Shown piece by piece: positions 13,764 through 26,682 of a stretch of 64,000 nucleotides of DNA (position 1 is its first letter; the number at the start of each line of letters is the position of its first letter). The notes under the pieces are model-generated. The model saw only the letters and a list, made by a program, of their open reading frames with translations, had not been told where the DNA came from and ran no database searches. The position numbers were made by a program, and so were the translations under genes. The stretch lies in contig CM119371.1 in NCBI GenBank assembly GCA_051294905.1, positions 3,970,001-4,034,000 on the forward strand. The letters are read 5' to 3'. The stretch comes from Botryllus schlosseri. Its lineage: Eukaryota.

Positions 13764-15042
13764 CAGAGGTGGTCAAAGTAGTCAATAAAGCTACTCAGGT
13801 AGAAGTAGAAGTAGCGACGAAAAAATCTACTCAAGTACGAGTAGAAGTACTTCTTTCATAGGCCACCTGAAACTACTTGTTTTAGAAGTAGAATTACCTG
13901 ACTTTAAATCTACTCAAGTATGTAAGTAGTTTTGAAAACAATGTTAATTCGTTCGCATGGACTGTCAAAAGCTGCAAATTGAGCTATGCGGGAGGTGCAG
14001 AGAGCATGATTCGTATTGATGTATCCCAGGAGGTATCAATTTTCGACAGAATAAGCATTCTTTCGCATCATGGGATGCAAATTATAGTATTGATATGAAA
14101 ATGTGATACTATCCCTTTGTTTACTAGAAGACCCCGTTTTAGGGAATATCATGGCCTGGCACCCTACCCCATATCATAAGGCCACAAGTTTTGGCTAAGA
14201 GCAATACGGAGAAGTTTTATCGGATACGGTTTCAACACTTTGCGCGATTAGTATATGTTGATAACAAATATTGTGGATCGTTAAATTTATATTGAAATAG
14301 AGGCATTACTACACTTTCTTTTATGCTTCAACATCTATGTTCTGCAGACAAAAGAATTGAAAGTAATTATAACTCAAAGTATGATACTCCGAGTATCATA
14401 CTCGGAATTGAAAGTGAAATACAATTACTAATTCTAAAAAGCGCAAAATATATTTCATGTCTTTTATCCAAAAAGCTTCAAAGGTAATCTGCTTAAACAG
14501 GTATAACGTTCCAAAAAGCCGAATTTTCCAGATTAGCAGGACACGTCATGGGCTGCTAGATAACGATAGGATAGGAAATTACTAGATCACGAAACGGCAG
14601 TTTCAAACGTTATGGTGGGCCATATTTACTGTGATGAAATATTTGATATGGGCGACAATGCGGTGTGAGCGGAACCATAAGCAATCCGGTACCTGAATTA
14701 TATTGACTGATACTTTCGTGAAAACATATATGTCACTCCATATCTACTGTGCGCGAAGCGCAACAAGATCTTTGGGCTTTACTTGACTTTTACGTATAAT
14801 AAATGTTAATACTCCGTGAAAACAGCCCCGACATTCCTCAGGCTATCTTTCGTATTGGGAGATTAAATTACTTCTACTTGACAAACTGAAAATAGCGAAA
14901 AGTAAGTAAGTAGATCACAAAATATTATGAAGTAGAAGTAGAAGTAGAGAAAATGAGATCTACTTGAGTAAGTACCAGAAGTAGAGGAAAACTACTTGAG
15001 TACTTCCAAAAAGTAGAAGTACTTCATTACTGACCCCCTCTG
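13764..15042 (+). mobile_element. 1.28-kb non-autonomous hAT-like element (AAGTAG/CTACTT subterminal motifs), copy 1
   Basis: TIR CAGAGGTGGTCA; perfect TSD gtttcgac; strand is relative orientation only. Confidence 0.9.
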
Positions 15043-15545
15043 GTTTCGACGCATTGGCGTAACCAGGGGCCAGCCACATTCAGCGCGGATTTTTGTATAT
15101 GACCATAAAGTAGAATATTCCGTAGCAGATTTATTTGACTTGAAATTTTTTTTAGCACTTCGCATGATTTATTGTCACATTCCTCGCATTTAGGATTGGC
15201 AACCCTCCTAGAAATTATAAATACTCGTAATATACATAATTGAGTCCAACTATACTCGCGATTAGGAAATGACGTGTCCTCCAACACGGGACTTCGCTTG
15301 TGCACTCGAAGCGAGATCGTTGGCGATGAAACATTTGCGCCAAATGACAGCAACATGTTCACCGAAACCGTTGATATTGCCCTGTCTAAAACGCCATATA
15401 ATTCTGTCCTAGCCAAATGAACCCATTGCTATACACAGGCGACCCCCAATGTGTGCAAGTAATCTATTCATTGATCGAATTCAATCATTACCTTTGAAAA
15501 TATTTCGTGCTTAGCGCGACCAGGGCATGACTGCACACTGTACAG

Positions 15546-16165
15546 TAGGGTTGTTCAAAAATAACCTTTTTTTCTGAATCTTGCGGGTTACTTGATTAAA
15601 TCGTTAGGTTGCCTTAAAAAATGACGCACACCAAATTTGAATTCATTACAACCAATATTCGCGGATTTCGTAGAGTTTGAAAATTTTGAATTTGCCTGAA
15701 AATGCGAAAAAAAAAAATTTTCAAATTTTTCTGCCAACCTTATGAAATTGTTGCGCTGTCTTCAAAAACGATGCAAAACAAATTTGACTCAATTCGAAGC
15801 CGTAGAAGTGGAGTTATTTCAGTTTTTCTTTCATAATTCTGGGATTATCCTTGATTGGTGGATCATCCCAAAATTATCATCAAAAAACTTGAATAACTCG
15901 GCTTCTGCAGCTTGGAATTGAGTCAAATTTGTTTTGCATCGTTTTTGAAGACAGTGCAACAATTTCATAAGGTTGGAAGGAAAATTGGAAAAAAATTTTT
16001 TTTTTGCATTTTTAGGCAAATTCAAAATTTTCAAACTCTACGAAATCCGCGAATATTGGTTGTAATGAATTCAAATTTGGTGTGCGTCATTTTTTAAGGC
16101 AACCTAACGATTTAATCAAGTAACCCGCAAGATTCAGGAAAAAAGGTTATTTTTGAACAGCCCTA
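15546..16165. mobile_element. Palindromic (foldback) MITE, hATm-related
   Basis: 620-bp near-perfect palindrome with TAGGG...CCCTA ends, CTGTACAG on both sides. Confidence 0.9.
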
Positions 16166-17305
16166 CTGTACAGTTGCACACTGAGTTTTCATGACATAAT
16201 TGTTACCAATTTTAAAACGTAGCCATGTAAGTATTGTTTTCAATGTTACCGAATTCGGTTCGTTACTGTCGGGTGACTAATAAAAAGGTTATCCACATTC
16301 AAGTTGCCCGCGCAAGGGTTCGTATATCTCTTGCGACCCTTTGGCCGAGAATTGGCCACCCCAGACATAGATAGAATTGAACATTATTTGCAAAATGCAA
16401 TTCAGTTGCACAGAGGATGAAAGACGCGCTATGCATATTCACGATGCAGTCACAAATTGATGCATTTTTTGGAATTATACCATGATTTTGTGACAGAGCG
16501 AATATATCGGCTGGTTGTAAAATTGATGTAAATATAACCAAACGCTCCTTCCCACTTGAAATAATTAAAACTATTTCTGTGTAACTTAGCTGCTTTGGTC
16601 AAACAAATGATTAAAAAAGACTGCAAGTCCTAGTCCTTGAATGCTTGACTAAGTGAATGTAGACTAGACATATGATATTTGATTACTTCCTAAATTTCGT
16701 TTATGACCAATGTATCATAGTAGTGAGAATGTGTGTGCATGTAATCAGTGCAGTGTGTAATGAGAAAATTAATAAGATGCATATCTGTATTAGTTGTTGA
16801 CTCATACACAAGAGCAACACTTCGATTGTTTTACCTGCATTTTATTTACACAGTATGGAATGTATGACGTGTTCGAAATGATTTTTACATATTAGGTTAT
16901 TAGAGAGTCCATGTTACGAAAACTGATAAAATATGAAAAAATGAAGGAAATTGAGAAAGTCAGTCAATTTTTCATATATAGTGAATAATTCGAGCGGTGC
17001 CACAATGAAACAATTCTGCATGCCATCGTTAATCATATGTTTCTATACGTTTAATGGTTATATGATAGTCATTTAACCGTCACGGTGGCACATAATTTTC
17101 GAAGTACATTGGTAATACTGTTGGAGTCGGGGTTGGAGTCGGGGTTGGAGTCGGAGTAGGAGTCGGTATTTTTAAAGACTCAGGAGTCGGAGTCAGAGTT
17201 GGAGCCGGTCCATTGAAAATGTGAGGAGTCGTAGTCGGAGTTGGAGTCGGTGCTGAAATTTACCGACTCCACAGATCTGACTCCAACACGCGTCTTCTCT
17301 AAATA

Positions 17306-18602
17306 CAGAGGTGGTCAGTAACGAAGTACTTCTACTTTTTCGAAGTACTCCAGTAGATTTCCTCTATTTCTGGTACGTACTCAAGTAGATCTGATTTCCG
17401 CTACTTCTACTTCTACTTCGTAACATTCTGTGATCTACTTACTTACTTTTCGCTATTTTCAGTTTGTCAAGCAGAAGTAGTTTAATCCTCCAATCAGAAA
17501 GATAGCCTGAGGAATTTCGGGGCGGTTTTCACGGAGTATCAGCATTTAATTTCCAATAAAGTCGAGTAAAGCCCAGAATTTCCGTCGCGCCTCGCGCTCA
17601 GTGGTTAGGGAGTAACCACAGTATGATTTCACGAAAGCATCGGTGAATATAATTTAGGTATCGGGTTGGCGTGGTTCCGTTCACTCCGCATTGCCGCCCT
17701 TCGCCCATATGAAATATTTCATCACAGTTTATATGGCTCATCATAACGTTTGAAACTGATGTTTCGCAATCTAGCATTTACTTATCATTTCGTAATCTAG
17801 CAGTCCATGTCGTGTCCCAATCTGGAAAAGTGGATTATGACTTTTCCTTAGTTTTAGAGCTGTTTTAGCACGCCACCTTTCAAACTTTCTGGACTAAAGA
17901 CATGAAATACCTTTTCCGCTTTTAGAAGTAGTATTTATGTTTCAGTTTCAATTCCAGGTTTCATATACTTTGAGTTCTAAATAATACCAATTATGTTGTC
18001 TGGATAACATACATGTTGAAGTATAGAAGCAATTGTAGTAATGCCTTTAATTTCCGGAATCAAAGCTACACAATATGACATTTTTACGATCCACCATGTT
18101 TTTTATTCATGTTTACTAATCGCGCGAAGTGCATACACCATATCCTATACAACTTCTCCGTATTGCTCTTCGACTAAAGTACGGGTCTTATATTATGGGG
18201 GAGTGCGCCATACCATGATATTTTCTAAAACGTGCTTTTCGATTAAACAGGATTAGTATCGCATTTCCATATCAATACTATCATTTTCATCCATGATGCG
18301 GGAAAATGCTTATGCTGACGAAAATTGAATACCTCCTGGTACGCATCAATTTGAATCAAGCTCGGCACTTTTAGAATAGCTCAATTTGCACCTTTTGACA
18401 GCAATCCATGCGAGTTAATTCCGATTGTTTTCAAAACTACTTACTTACTTGAGTAGATTTAAAGTCAGTCAATTCTACTTCTACTTCAAGTAGTTTTGAG
18501 TTGCTTTTTGAAAAAGTACTTCTACTCGTACTTGAGTAGATTTTTTCGTCGCTACTTCTACTTCTACTTGAGTAGCTTTCTTGACTACTTTGACCACCTC
18601 TG
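17306..18602 (-). mobile_element. Same 1.3-kb element, copy 2, opposite orientation
   Basis: Reverse-complement similarity along the length; perfect TSD tctaaata. Confidence 0.9.
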
Positions 18603-19099
18603 TCTAAATATAGTCGGAGAGAAGAATATTATTCGAGTTATTGTGGTCGGTTAAATCCGCGGTCTTCGGCACGAAAGACTTTAGACGACTCTCATCGGTG
18701 CTCTGGGCCAGACAATTTTACCTCCACTAAGCAGACTCACTACCGTAAAATCACATGGATTCCATCTTGAACATAATATATTACGATGAAAACACTCAGA
18801 ATGTCACTCACTAGCACCATATACTTACAAGAAACGTGGTGGTATACTTTACATTTGGGGTTAATTTCAATTTTTAATAGTCCACAGGTCCTCCAAATAT
18901 TTTTTGACATTTTACGGGTTCGCGAGGTGAAAAAGGTTGAGAACCATCGCTTTAGACTGCTCAGTGCTCACATTACCTAGCACTCACATTTACCAAGCAT
19001 CCCGTATGATTAAAATCGAACGAATAAAATCAATGCTTTTATAATACACGTCAACAGAAGCAGGCCTAGGTTATCACTGTCGGATGCGAGTAGTGTATT

Positions 19100-19392
19100 G
19101 CATCATATCAATTTGTTCGACACCAATGGTTGGGGGTTCGAGTCTCGGCTCTGCCATGTTTCTATGTGTAGGAGGTTTATCGGGGCTCCTCATCGCCGAT
19201 CCCGCTATACACAGCGCCATGAAAAGCCCTGAGGAAGAGAGAGCCGAACTCTTGAAAGAAGGCAGCAAGAGACCCGAAAAAGGACACAAGAGAAAAAAGC
19301 GAAAAAAATACCTTACGAAATTTACTGTGCGGGCGCAAATGACCCGAGTGTTTACAGGCGTCAATTATGTCAATAAAACAAAACAAACAAAA
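19100..19392 (+). mobile_element. Related tRNA-like SINE
   Basis: caccaatgg...gggttcgagtc B-box head, gtaggaggttta body and AAAC-rich tail resembling the 11918-12199 family; 5' end approximate. Confidence 0.6.
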
Positions 19393-20088
19393 AATATCAA
19401 TTTGTTTCAGCTTCTCGAGGTTTCGTATTCGATCCTCTATTTTGGCTTATAATTATAGACTGTAGCTATGCAGTTGCATATGTATTTTATCAGCAGTTAT
19501 ACGTTTGAGATGGCGATACAACGTCATTTTCATATACATATGACTTTTTATTAGGTAATTGATTCGACATGAATTGCGACTTAATCTGTCTTTCAAACAG
19601 CTAGCAATTGTAATGACTTTTAATCATCCCTCATCTATAAAACAAAATTGACTAGAATTATGACTTGACTCGATCGTTTCTTGACTTGACTTCACTCGTC
19701 TTCACTCGATCGCCTCCGCAAATCAAGTGACTTGTATTGACTCGAGTCAAAATCTGCAATGACTCGAGATCACTTGTTACTCGAAGGTAGTGACTTTGAT
19801 CCCAACACTGGTACCTGATACAGTCAACAATGGGTTCAGTGACAATATTAGGTTAAGTATGATACGTAGCCTACTATCAAGTTCAATACAATAAAAAAGA
19901 AATTACTATACGCGTATTATGGGGAAACCACCATGATTTCTGAAAGTTAGCTACACTTTGCTGCACTTTCACGTATGGTTAGGTCGGTCGCCAAATTGAT
20001 TCGTTGCAAATCATAACACATAGAACAATTTACAATCGCATACGCAGAAAGGAAATTTCACTCAGCAAAGCATTTTACAGCCTAGCAA

Positions 20089-20240
20089 TCAGGGCTTTGG
20101 AGCTGGAGCCGGAGCCGGAGCCCCGGAGCCTTTCATTTTGCCGGAACTGGAGCGGGAGCCGGAGCTCGACATAAAATTCAGCCGGAGCCGGAGCTGGAGC
20201 TGGATCCAGTTATTTGAGGGGCAGCTCCGGCTCCGACGTA
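20089..20240 (+). mobile_element. Left end of a GGAGCC-array TIR element
   Basis: CAGGGCTTTGGAGCTGGAGCC...; analogous to the GGAGTC element; other end not seen. Confidence 0.55.
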
Positions 20241-20823
20241 TTTCATAAGATGCTATAACATTTTATATATGCAAAAACCATATCTGCTGAGTTCAGATAA
20301 TTCAACAGCAGGCCTTCGCGAAATTAAGAATATTTTCCTCTTTGGCGCTACCTTTTCCGACTAACCATGTCCCTAGGGATTTAACGGCAGAGCAGTCACA
20401 TGCTCAATGTTCAATTTTCATACATGAGTGCCGAACCTCGGTATGTTAAATCAATGATATATATACAATGATTGGAAACTACCACGCCCCTTAACGCTAC
20501 AAGATAGTTTCGCGGCGAATTCAGTCCGTCGCGGGATATGCTTGAGCAGAGGTACGGGACTGCGTATGTCGACTGTGGTGAAGTGCTGCAATCGACCTTG
20601 CTGGCGTACTAATTCACTGATTTTCCCGCATCGGTTTAGTTTTTGTTGGTTTCTTGTGCATGGTGAGGCAGTGCTGCATACTATCATGTAATATAACTTT
20701 TAACAATGCACATTTATCAAAGTACCGACTAGCTGCGAGAGAGAGAGAGTCTTTATTTTCATCGAACCAAAATACATAACAAACGGCAGTGATGGTGGTG
20801 GTACAGAAAATATGCGTGCACAG

Positions 20824-23800
20824 TAGGGTTGTTCAGAATTGACCGACTTTCAAAAAGTCCAGATTTTCAGTCCGATTCCCATGCCTTATACCTTAAAGAC
20901 ATATTCTGGCTACTTTTTTTTTAACTGGTCCCTTGCATCCGTGTGCAGTGTGCACATTGAGCTGGAAGAATAGCAGCTGAAAATAGGGGATTCCCTTAAA
21001 ATCTGAGTGTCACGATTTTACCTAGCCTAGTTAAAGTGACATATAACATGGATTTATGCAGCTGTTGCGATTTGGAGTGCTACAAAACCCCACTATATAA
21101 GGCATTCCTAGTTCAGGATATCATTTCCATGTCCCACACTGCCTTAGAACTGCTCAAAACTACCTAAAACTGATAGTCATTTTGTTGGATCACATATCCT
21201 ACACCCCTCAAACCTACCCGGCACTGTTCATCAATTTCCTGGATCCCCATGTGCAAGAATACAACTGTAAATGTAACATCCACTCACAGCCACATAATTA
21301 ACATCACAGGAAACGAAAAAATAAGGCAAAGAAAGAGATCAACTTGGCAAAATATTACATAAATCAGGTGGATGAAATGGTTGCTTTCGAGAAATCTGCA
21401 TATCTGTTCCGGTGATCTTCCACAGCTTGTGGGAGGCTCGCTCGCTGTTTATCGTCCTCCGTTATGAACGCAGCATAGTCGGTATTAAATTTTACCATAC
21501 GCTCTGCTGCATCATTAACTACTTCAACAGTATTCACAAATTCTTGAGCAGTCACGAAATCCGGATCAGTATGCCATTCCGAAACTGGAAGACTCAACCA
21601 ATCATGTTCCACATGTATAGCATCAAATAGAAACCACGATTCTGGCCCAATCAAATCGACCATACTCATTTACTCAGAGACAGAGTCAGAGATCAGACTG
21701 AGAGGCATACCTCTGCGAAATTTTTCAGGGATTGGCATTTTCAGCAATTTAGCAGCTATCGCTTTCTTCAGTTTATCAGGAATCTTTGGATTAGCCGAGA
21801 ACATGGTAAATACCACCATTTCCTCAGTTAGATACCAATGATGTTGTCGCAATTTCTTGTATGCCACATCAGCAACAGTGAGATCGCATAATGAAAAGTT
21901 TTTCATGTCATGAAGGAATTGGAGATCATTCCAAGGTGCGTCACATGCAATACCAGTTTTCAACCAAGCTGGAACATAAAACAAAGCAATGAATGTATTG
22001 ATTCCTTCCAACTTTTCAATGAACTCTTCAGAATAGTCCATTTGCTCATTCCACATGAACATTTTTTGACAGTACAGGACTTGACTCATCCATCTAGCGC
22101 TATGAGTAGCACCAGGCTTGCGAAAACGATGATCAACATATTTGTCATCCAAAATCGCCAAGGTGCCTATTGCACATTCTCTGTAGTCATCTCTTATCAA
22201 GACTTCTTTCTGCTTTCCATCATTGGGTTTCATCAGTGGAATTATTGCTTGCTTTGCTTCATCAGTTTTCATCGCCAACCCGCTGCCTTCAATAAACTTC
22301 AGCGTTTTATAGCTTCTTGATTTATCAATATGTTTCCACTTCTTCTTGAAGGTATTAAAATCTGTGTTTTCAGGGCCTGTGGTTGTCGATCCAAACAAAC
22401 ACTTCCAAACCTCTCGAATGACCAGTTCATAAATATGATGGCGACAGGCATTGTAGAAAACTTTCCTGTTAATCAATTCTTCAAGTAACGGAACCGCACC
22501 TCTGTGTTTTTACCAGTGTTTGAGGATGTTGTGTCAAACACAAGAGCTTTAACAGATTTTTCAAAGTTTCAGCAGTTCAAATGATGCGTCAGCCTGTGCT
22601 TTTTCTGTAGCACTTTCCAGAGTTTGAATGCCAAGAAGTCTCCCTTTCTTAAATGCGCCGGAATACGCTAAGGCCTCAAATTGATATCCTAGACGACTCT
22701 TAGTGAGCTTTCCATCCCAGTGCAATGCAATGTGCTCTGGTGGATTGGTGGATATTTTTTCAAAGATAGATTCGGAAATTTTCAAACGATTTGCATTGCG
22801 CTGTCGATAGGCCCCAGATCTTGAAAGATGGAAGTCATTAGGGTTGCCATCGCAAGCTTTAATCAGTGCTGCAGTTATCATGATTGCCGCATTATCACTG
22901 ACTTCCAAGCGATCAAAAACCTGGCATAGGTCTTCGTCGCTGAATAGGTTTACAGGAGCTTTTAGAGTTTAGCGGAATGACCAAATGTCAACTGTGCAAG
23001 TTCAAAATCAGTGCTGTGAGAAGTGTCAGCTACCTGTGAAAATATAGATGAGCTCTCTGTAAATTCACCTTCGCTAATTGATGCTGGTGCAGACTCTCTT
23101 GCACTCATGGTCCGTCTCTTTTGTTGCATGATTTTCGCTTTTAACACTTTATCTTTGCCACCGATCGTTGCTAATCTCGGACCCCTTTGATCCTGATAAA
23201 ATGCTATGTCTTCACGTTTTTTATCGTCAGAAAGAAGTGTACTTGCTTCAATTGTCTCTATCGCGTCAGGGGCTCCTATATCCCACAGCCTACTCAGTTT
23301 GGCTTCAAAGTCGCTTTGTTTTTTTTATACATATAGCCGGCCTGCAGTTTTCTTTAGTGACAGCCATTGTTCCATACTGTTTCCAATCTTTTAGTGGCAT
23401 TGACTTTTGTGATAGTCTTTATGCCAGCAAGTAATCAAAAACCGATCACTTCATCTACTGCGATCTGGATGTGTTACTTGACTGGTTCATTTTTTTTTAA
23501 ATGAATGCTCTCTCAGGTGTAGCACATATTGCATAACTTGCCTCAGAGTGGGCAACTTCGATCCCGTAATGGCTTCCTCAGATGGCTTAACTAAGAAATG
23601 CTGTGTCTGCGATCGTGTTCTTCTAGTTTTCTTCGGTACTGCTGCACTAGATGACGATTTTCTTTTTTTTTCAGACATTTTGCACTACAGCTAATCCTAG
23701 AAAAACAGATATACATAAACTCAGTCAAGCAACAAAGAATAGTGGAAAACATTTCAGTTATTTTAGAGTTTTAGGTCGAAGACATACTGCATAACTTACA

Positions 23801-25478
23801 CAGGAGTAGCCAGATTAGATCCAGTTATAGATTATCGAAGATAGTTATTCCTAAATTGGAAAAACTCATACCAGTATATTGATATCTTGGAATATAACAA
23901 AAAATTTAGAGCAACCGACTGGCGGTTTTCCCCAGTCACTGGAATAGACATTTGCAAGCTTTGTTTTTATCCCAGTAGAAAGGAAAAGAGTATCAGGTCT
24001 ATTATATCAAATAGTTGTATACTGCTATAATACTATGTTCACTAATCACGCGCTAAACTCGCTAATAGCATGAGTCAGAACGCCGCCTGATAAGTCCCAG
24101 AGATGCCACTGAGATATTTCGGAAAAACCCAGATTTGGACCTTGAAAAAAACCAGAAAAACCCAGATTCTCTATTTCACTCAAAATAATATGATATAGCT
24201 GTAAAACAGTGACTGAGAGTCATCAATGACAGTTATACGGACATAGAAGAAGTTTTAGCCCTTGATATTGAAATCCCAACGGTTTATTTCCATACTATAA
24301 TATGCATGTTGCTCAGTTAAATGAGCAAATCCATCGAAATATGGTGTTTTCCTCTTGACACATTGCCACCAGGCATTCGGTATGGGAGGTCAATACGTAT
24401 ATAGTTTATTATATGTTCGTAATGTTAGTAACAATGCTAATCCCCATGTATCGTGAGGATGATTGTAGGGTAATTCTATAGTGACTGCGAGCTGACCAGA
24501 TAGATTGAAAATAGCTTTTGATTCATCAACCCGGGGACAAGCACTTTTATCTGGGATGGTTAGTCGAAAAAGAAACTGCCAAATCATGAGATTAAGAATA
24601 CATTTGCATTTAACACACCCCTCCCACTACACTCTGAATAACTAGCCAGGTTGCCCTAAATGTCTCTCTTCGAGTGTCCCTGTTGAAAGTGAATATACTC
24701 TGATGTCAGCGTGGTAAATTAGTTAGATCAACAATTGGTCTTTCCATGTGCATAAATTGCATACGTTACAGCAGTTACATACTATTTACTGCCACACAAC
24801 AAATTTGTTGTAGCGCTACCGGTAGCATTCAAGTCCTAAATCAAAGTTGCACTGTGAACATGACTTTCTGCGACCTAGTAGTCAGTATTCAATGAATGCT
24901 CTATCGCATATCGCCAAGACCCCTCATTTTAATAGTAAATGGGTCTCTTTGGACTCTGCCGTTTCAATCACAGTGGAATCCGTCGACATTAGAAGATCTT
25001 ACTAATTTATTAATCAATTTTGCGCCGTAAAATTGACCTGACAAACATGATGTTGAAAAAACCCAGATTTCAAGCACAAAAACCCAGAAACCCAGATCAT
25101 GCTCGAAAAACCCAGATCTGGGTGGGAAAACCCAGGAGTGGCATCTCTGAAAGTCCTGCACCTCAATCGTAAACACAGTCCATCAACAACAAAGCAGCAA
25201 GGCACCTGACTAATCAATGATCCCCGTTTCACAGCCGTGCTCAGCGCTTCATCAGCGCTAGAACATACGCGTCACGTCAATGAGAACACACGCCATTCCT
25301 GTCGAGTCACTGACAACGGGGAATCCCCTAATTCCGAATAAATTTTTAGGTGCATGAGAAAACGGCAATGTGCACACGGATGCACGGGATGAATTACAAA
25401 AAAAAGTAGCCAGAATATGTTTTTAAGGTATAAGGCATGGGAATCGGACTGAAATTCGGTCAATTCTGAACAACCCTA
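20824..25478 (-). mobile_element. hATm-type DNA transposon, full length with disrupted transposase (~21364-23678)
   Basis: TIRs TAGGGTTGTTCAGAATTGACCGA over 100 bp; 8-bp TSD gtgcacag/gcgcacag; transposase motifs KLPTLRQV, LHWDGK, ACRHH, HSARWM, HHWYLTEE, VVNDAAER; split by stops and frameshifts. Confidence 0.9.
24098..25149. mobile_element. Non-autonomous TIR element nested in the hATm 5' region
   Basis: TIR CAGAGATGCCACT...AGTGGCATCTCTG, aaaacccaga subterminal repeats, imperfect TSD (t/a)aagtcc. Confidence 0.75.
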
Positions 25479-26682
25479 GCGCACAGTATTCGGTATTAGA
25501 TAGGAATGATCGATAAGACCGTGAAGGTCATCTAGTCTGATCACACCAGCATCAAACAGGTACACTTGACTCTGAACAGTCTAGCTGTAAAAAAATGTTT
25601 AGTTAAGAAAGGAAAATAGAAGAAAAAAAACAATGGTAGCAAATGATCAATGAAGCAATGTGTGGGCGAGGTAGGGTAACAGTGTTAGTGTAACGATAAG
25701 AGGTGATCAAGTAGGGCTTTTTTGAATCTATTATAATGCAATTCACGGATATGTGGTGGTAATGCATTCCAGATGATAGGTCCCGAGTAGTCGATAGATC
25801 TCTTAGTTAGGTTGCTATTGGGTGGGGGTAAGTAGATGTTTCCTTTAGAAGAGGATCTCGTGTAATGGGAATGGACATGCGAGGCATTTTAGCATCGGTT
25901 GCAACCATGTATGTACAACACAGCCTAAAAAATTAATAGATAGTGTGGGTGAGCGTCAATATAGATGTGCAGAACCTAGAAGGATTGTTTAAAGAGGATT
26001 TGAAAATTTTCTGGCAGCATTTATGTCACCTGATTTTTTAAAAGAGAAGGGTTGATTACGATATTTGTGTGAGCAACTAAGTTGTTTTAAATAGTATATA
26101 TTGTAATATTGTGGGGCCGAATTCACCAAGGGCCGAGTTCCTTGGCAACCATAGTATCAATATATTGATTATACCTTAACAATATAAAATCGGAACTAAC
26201 CGAGAACTATCATTGTACTGATTGCTAAACTGCTAACATATATAACTTTTTACCGGGTCAGGCCGTTAAATCTACATCAATGATGAGAATCGGCATTGTA
26301 CCAAACAATATTCAATCGGTAAAACAATGCACTGATAATCACTCCATAGCTGGTATTGTTCACATCGACCTGGCGTGATCTGTGGTACTCCTCTCAATAG
26401 TTGAATCTTTCACACCGGGGTGTCCGAAAACGTCTACCAATGCCCATTTATGCAAAATATACCTGGTAAACATTTTGGCACTTCTTCGATATAAACTACA
26501 CTTGAAGTGTTCCCCATGAATGGCCTGTAAACCTTAAAAATTAACAAGGAGTACTCGTTAAGATTCATAGCTGGAAGGATTGTGCAAAACAGATGATTTA
26601 TGCATTTGCGAGCAACATTCTATGGCGTCTTATTCATTGAAAGGTTAGGAAATGATTTTGTAACCTTTATCATTGTATAGTG

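Larger units (their letters stand above)
13296..17279. mobile_element. ~4-kb non-autonomous hAT-like element with GGAGTC subterminal arrays, hosting two nested elements
   Basis: CAGGGCTGTGG...CCACAGATCTG ends; perfect 8-bp TSD actccaac (13288, 17280). Confidence 0.85.
20737..25878 (-). mobile_element. Second 3' copy of the same LINE (20737-20823 plus 25487-25878), split by the hATm insertion
   Basis: Reverse complement of ~11215-11694; resumes directly across the 8-bp TSD of the hATm element. Confidence 0.88.
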
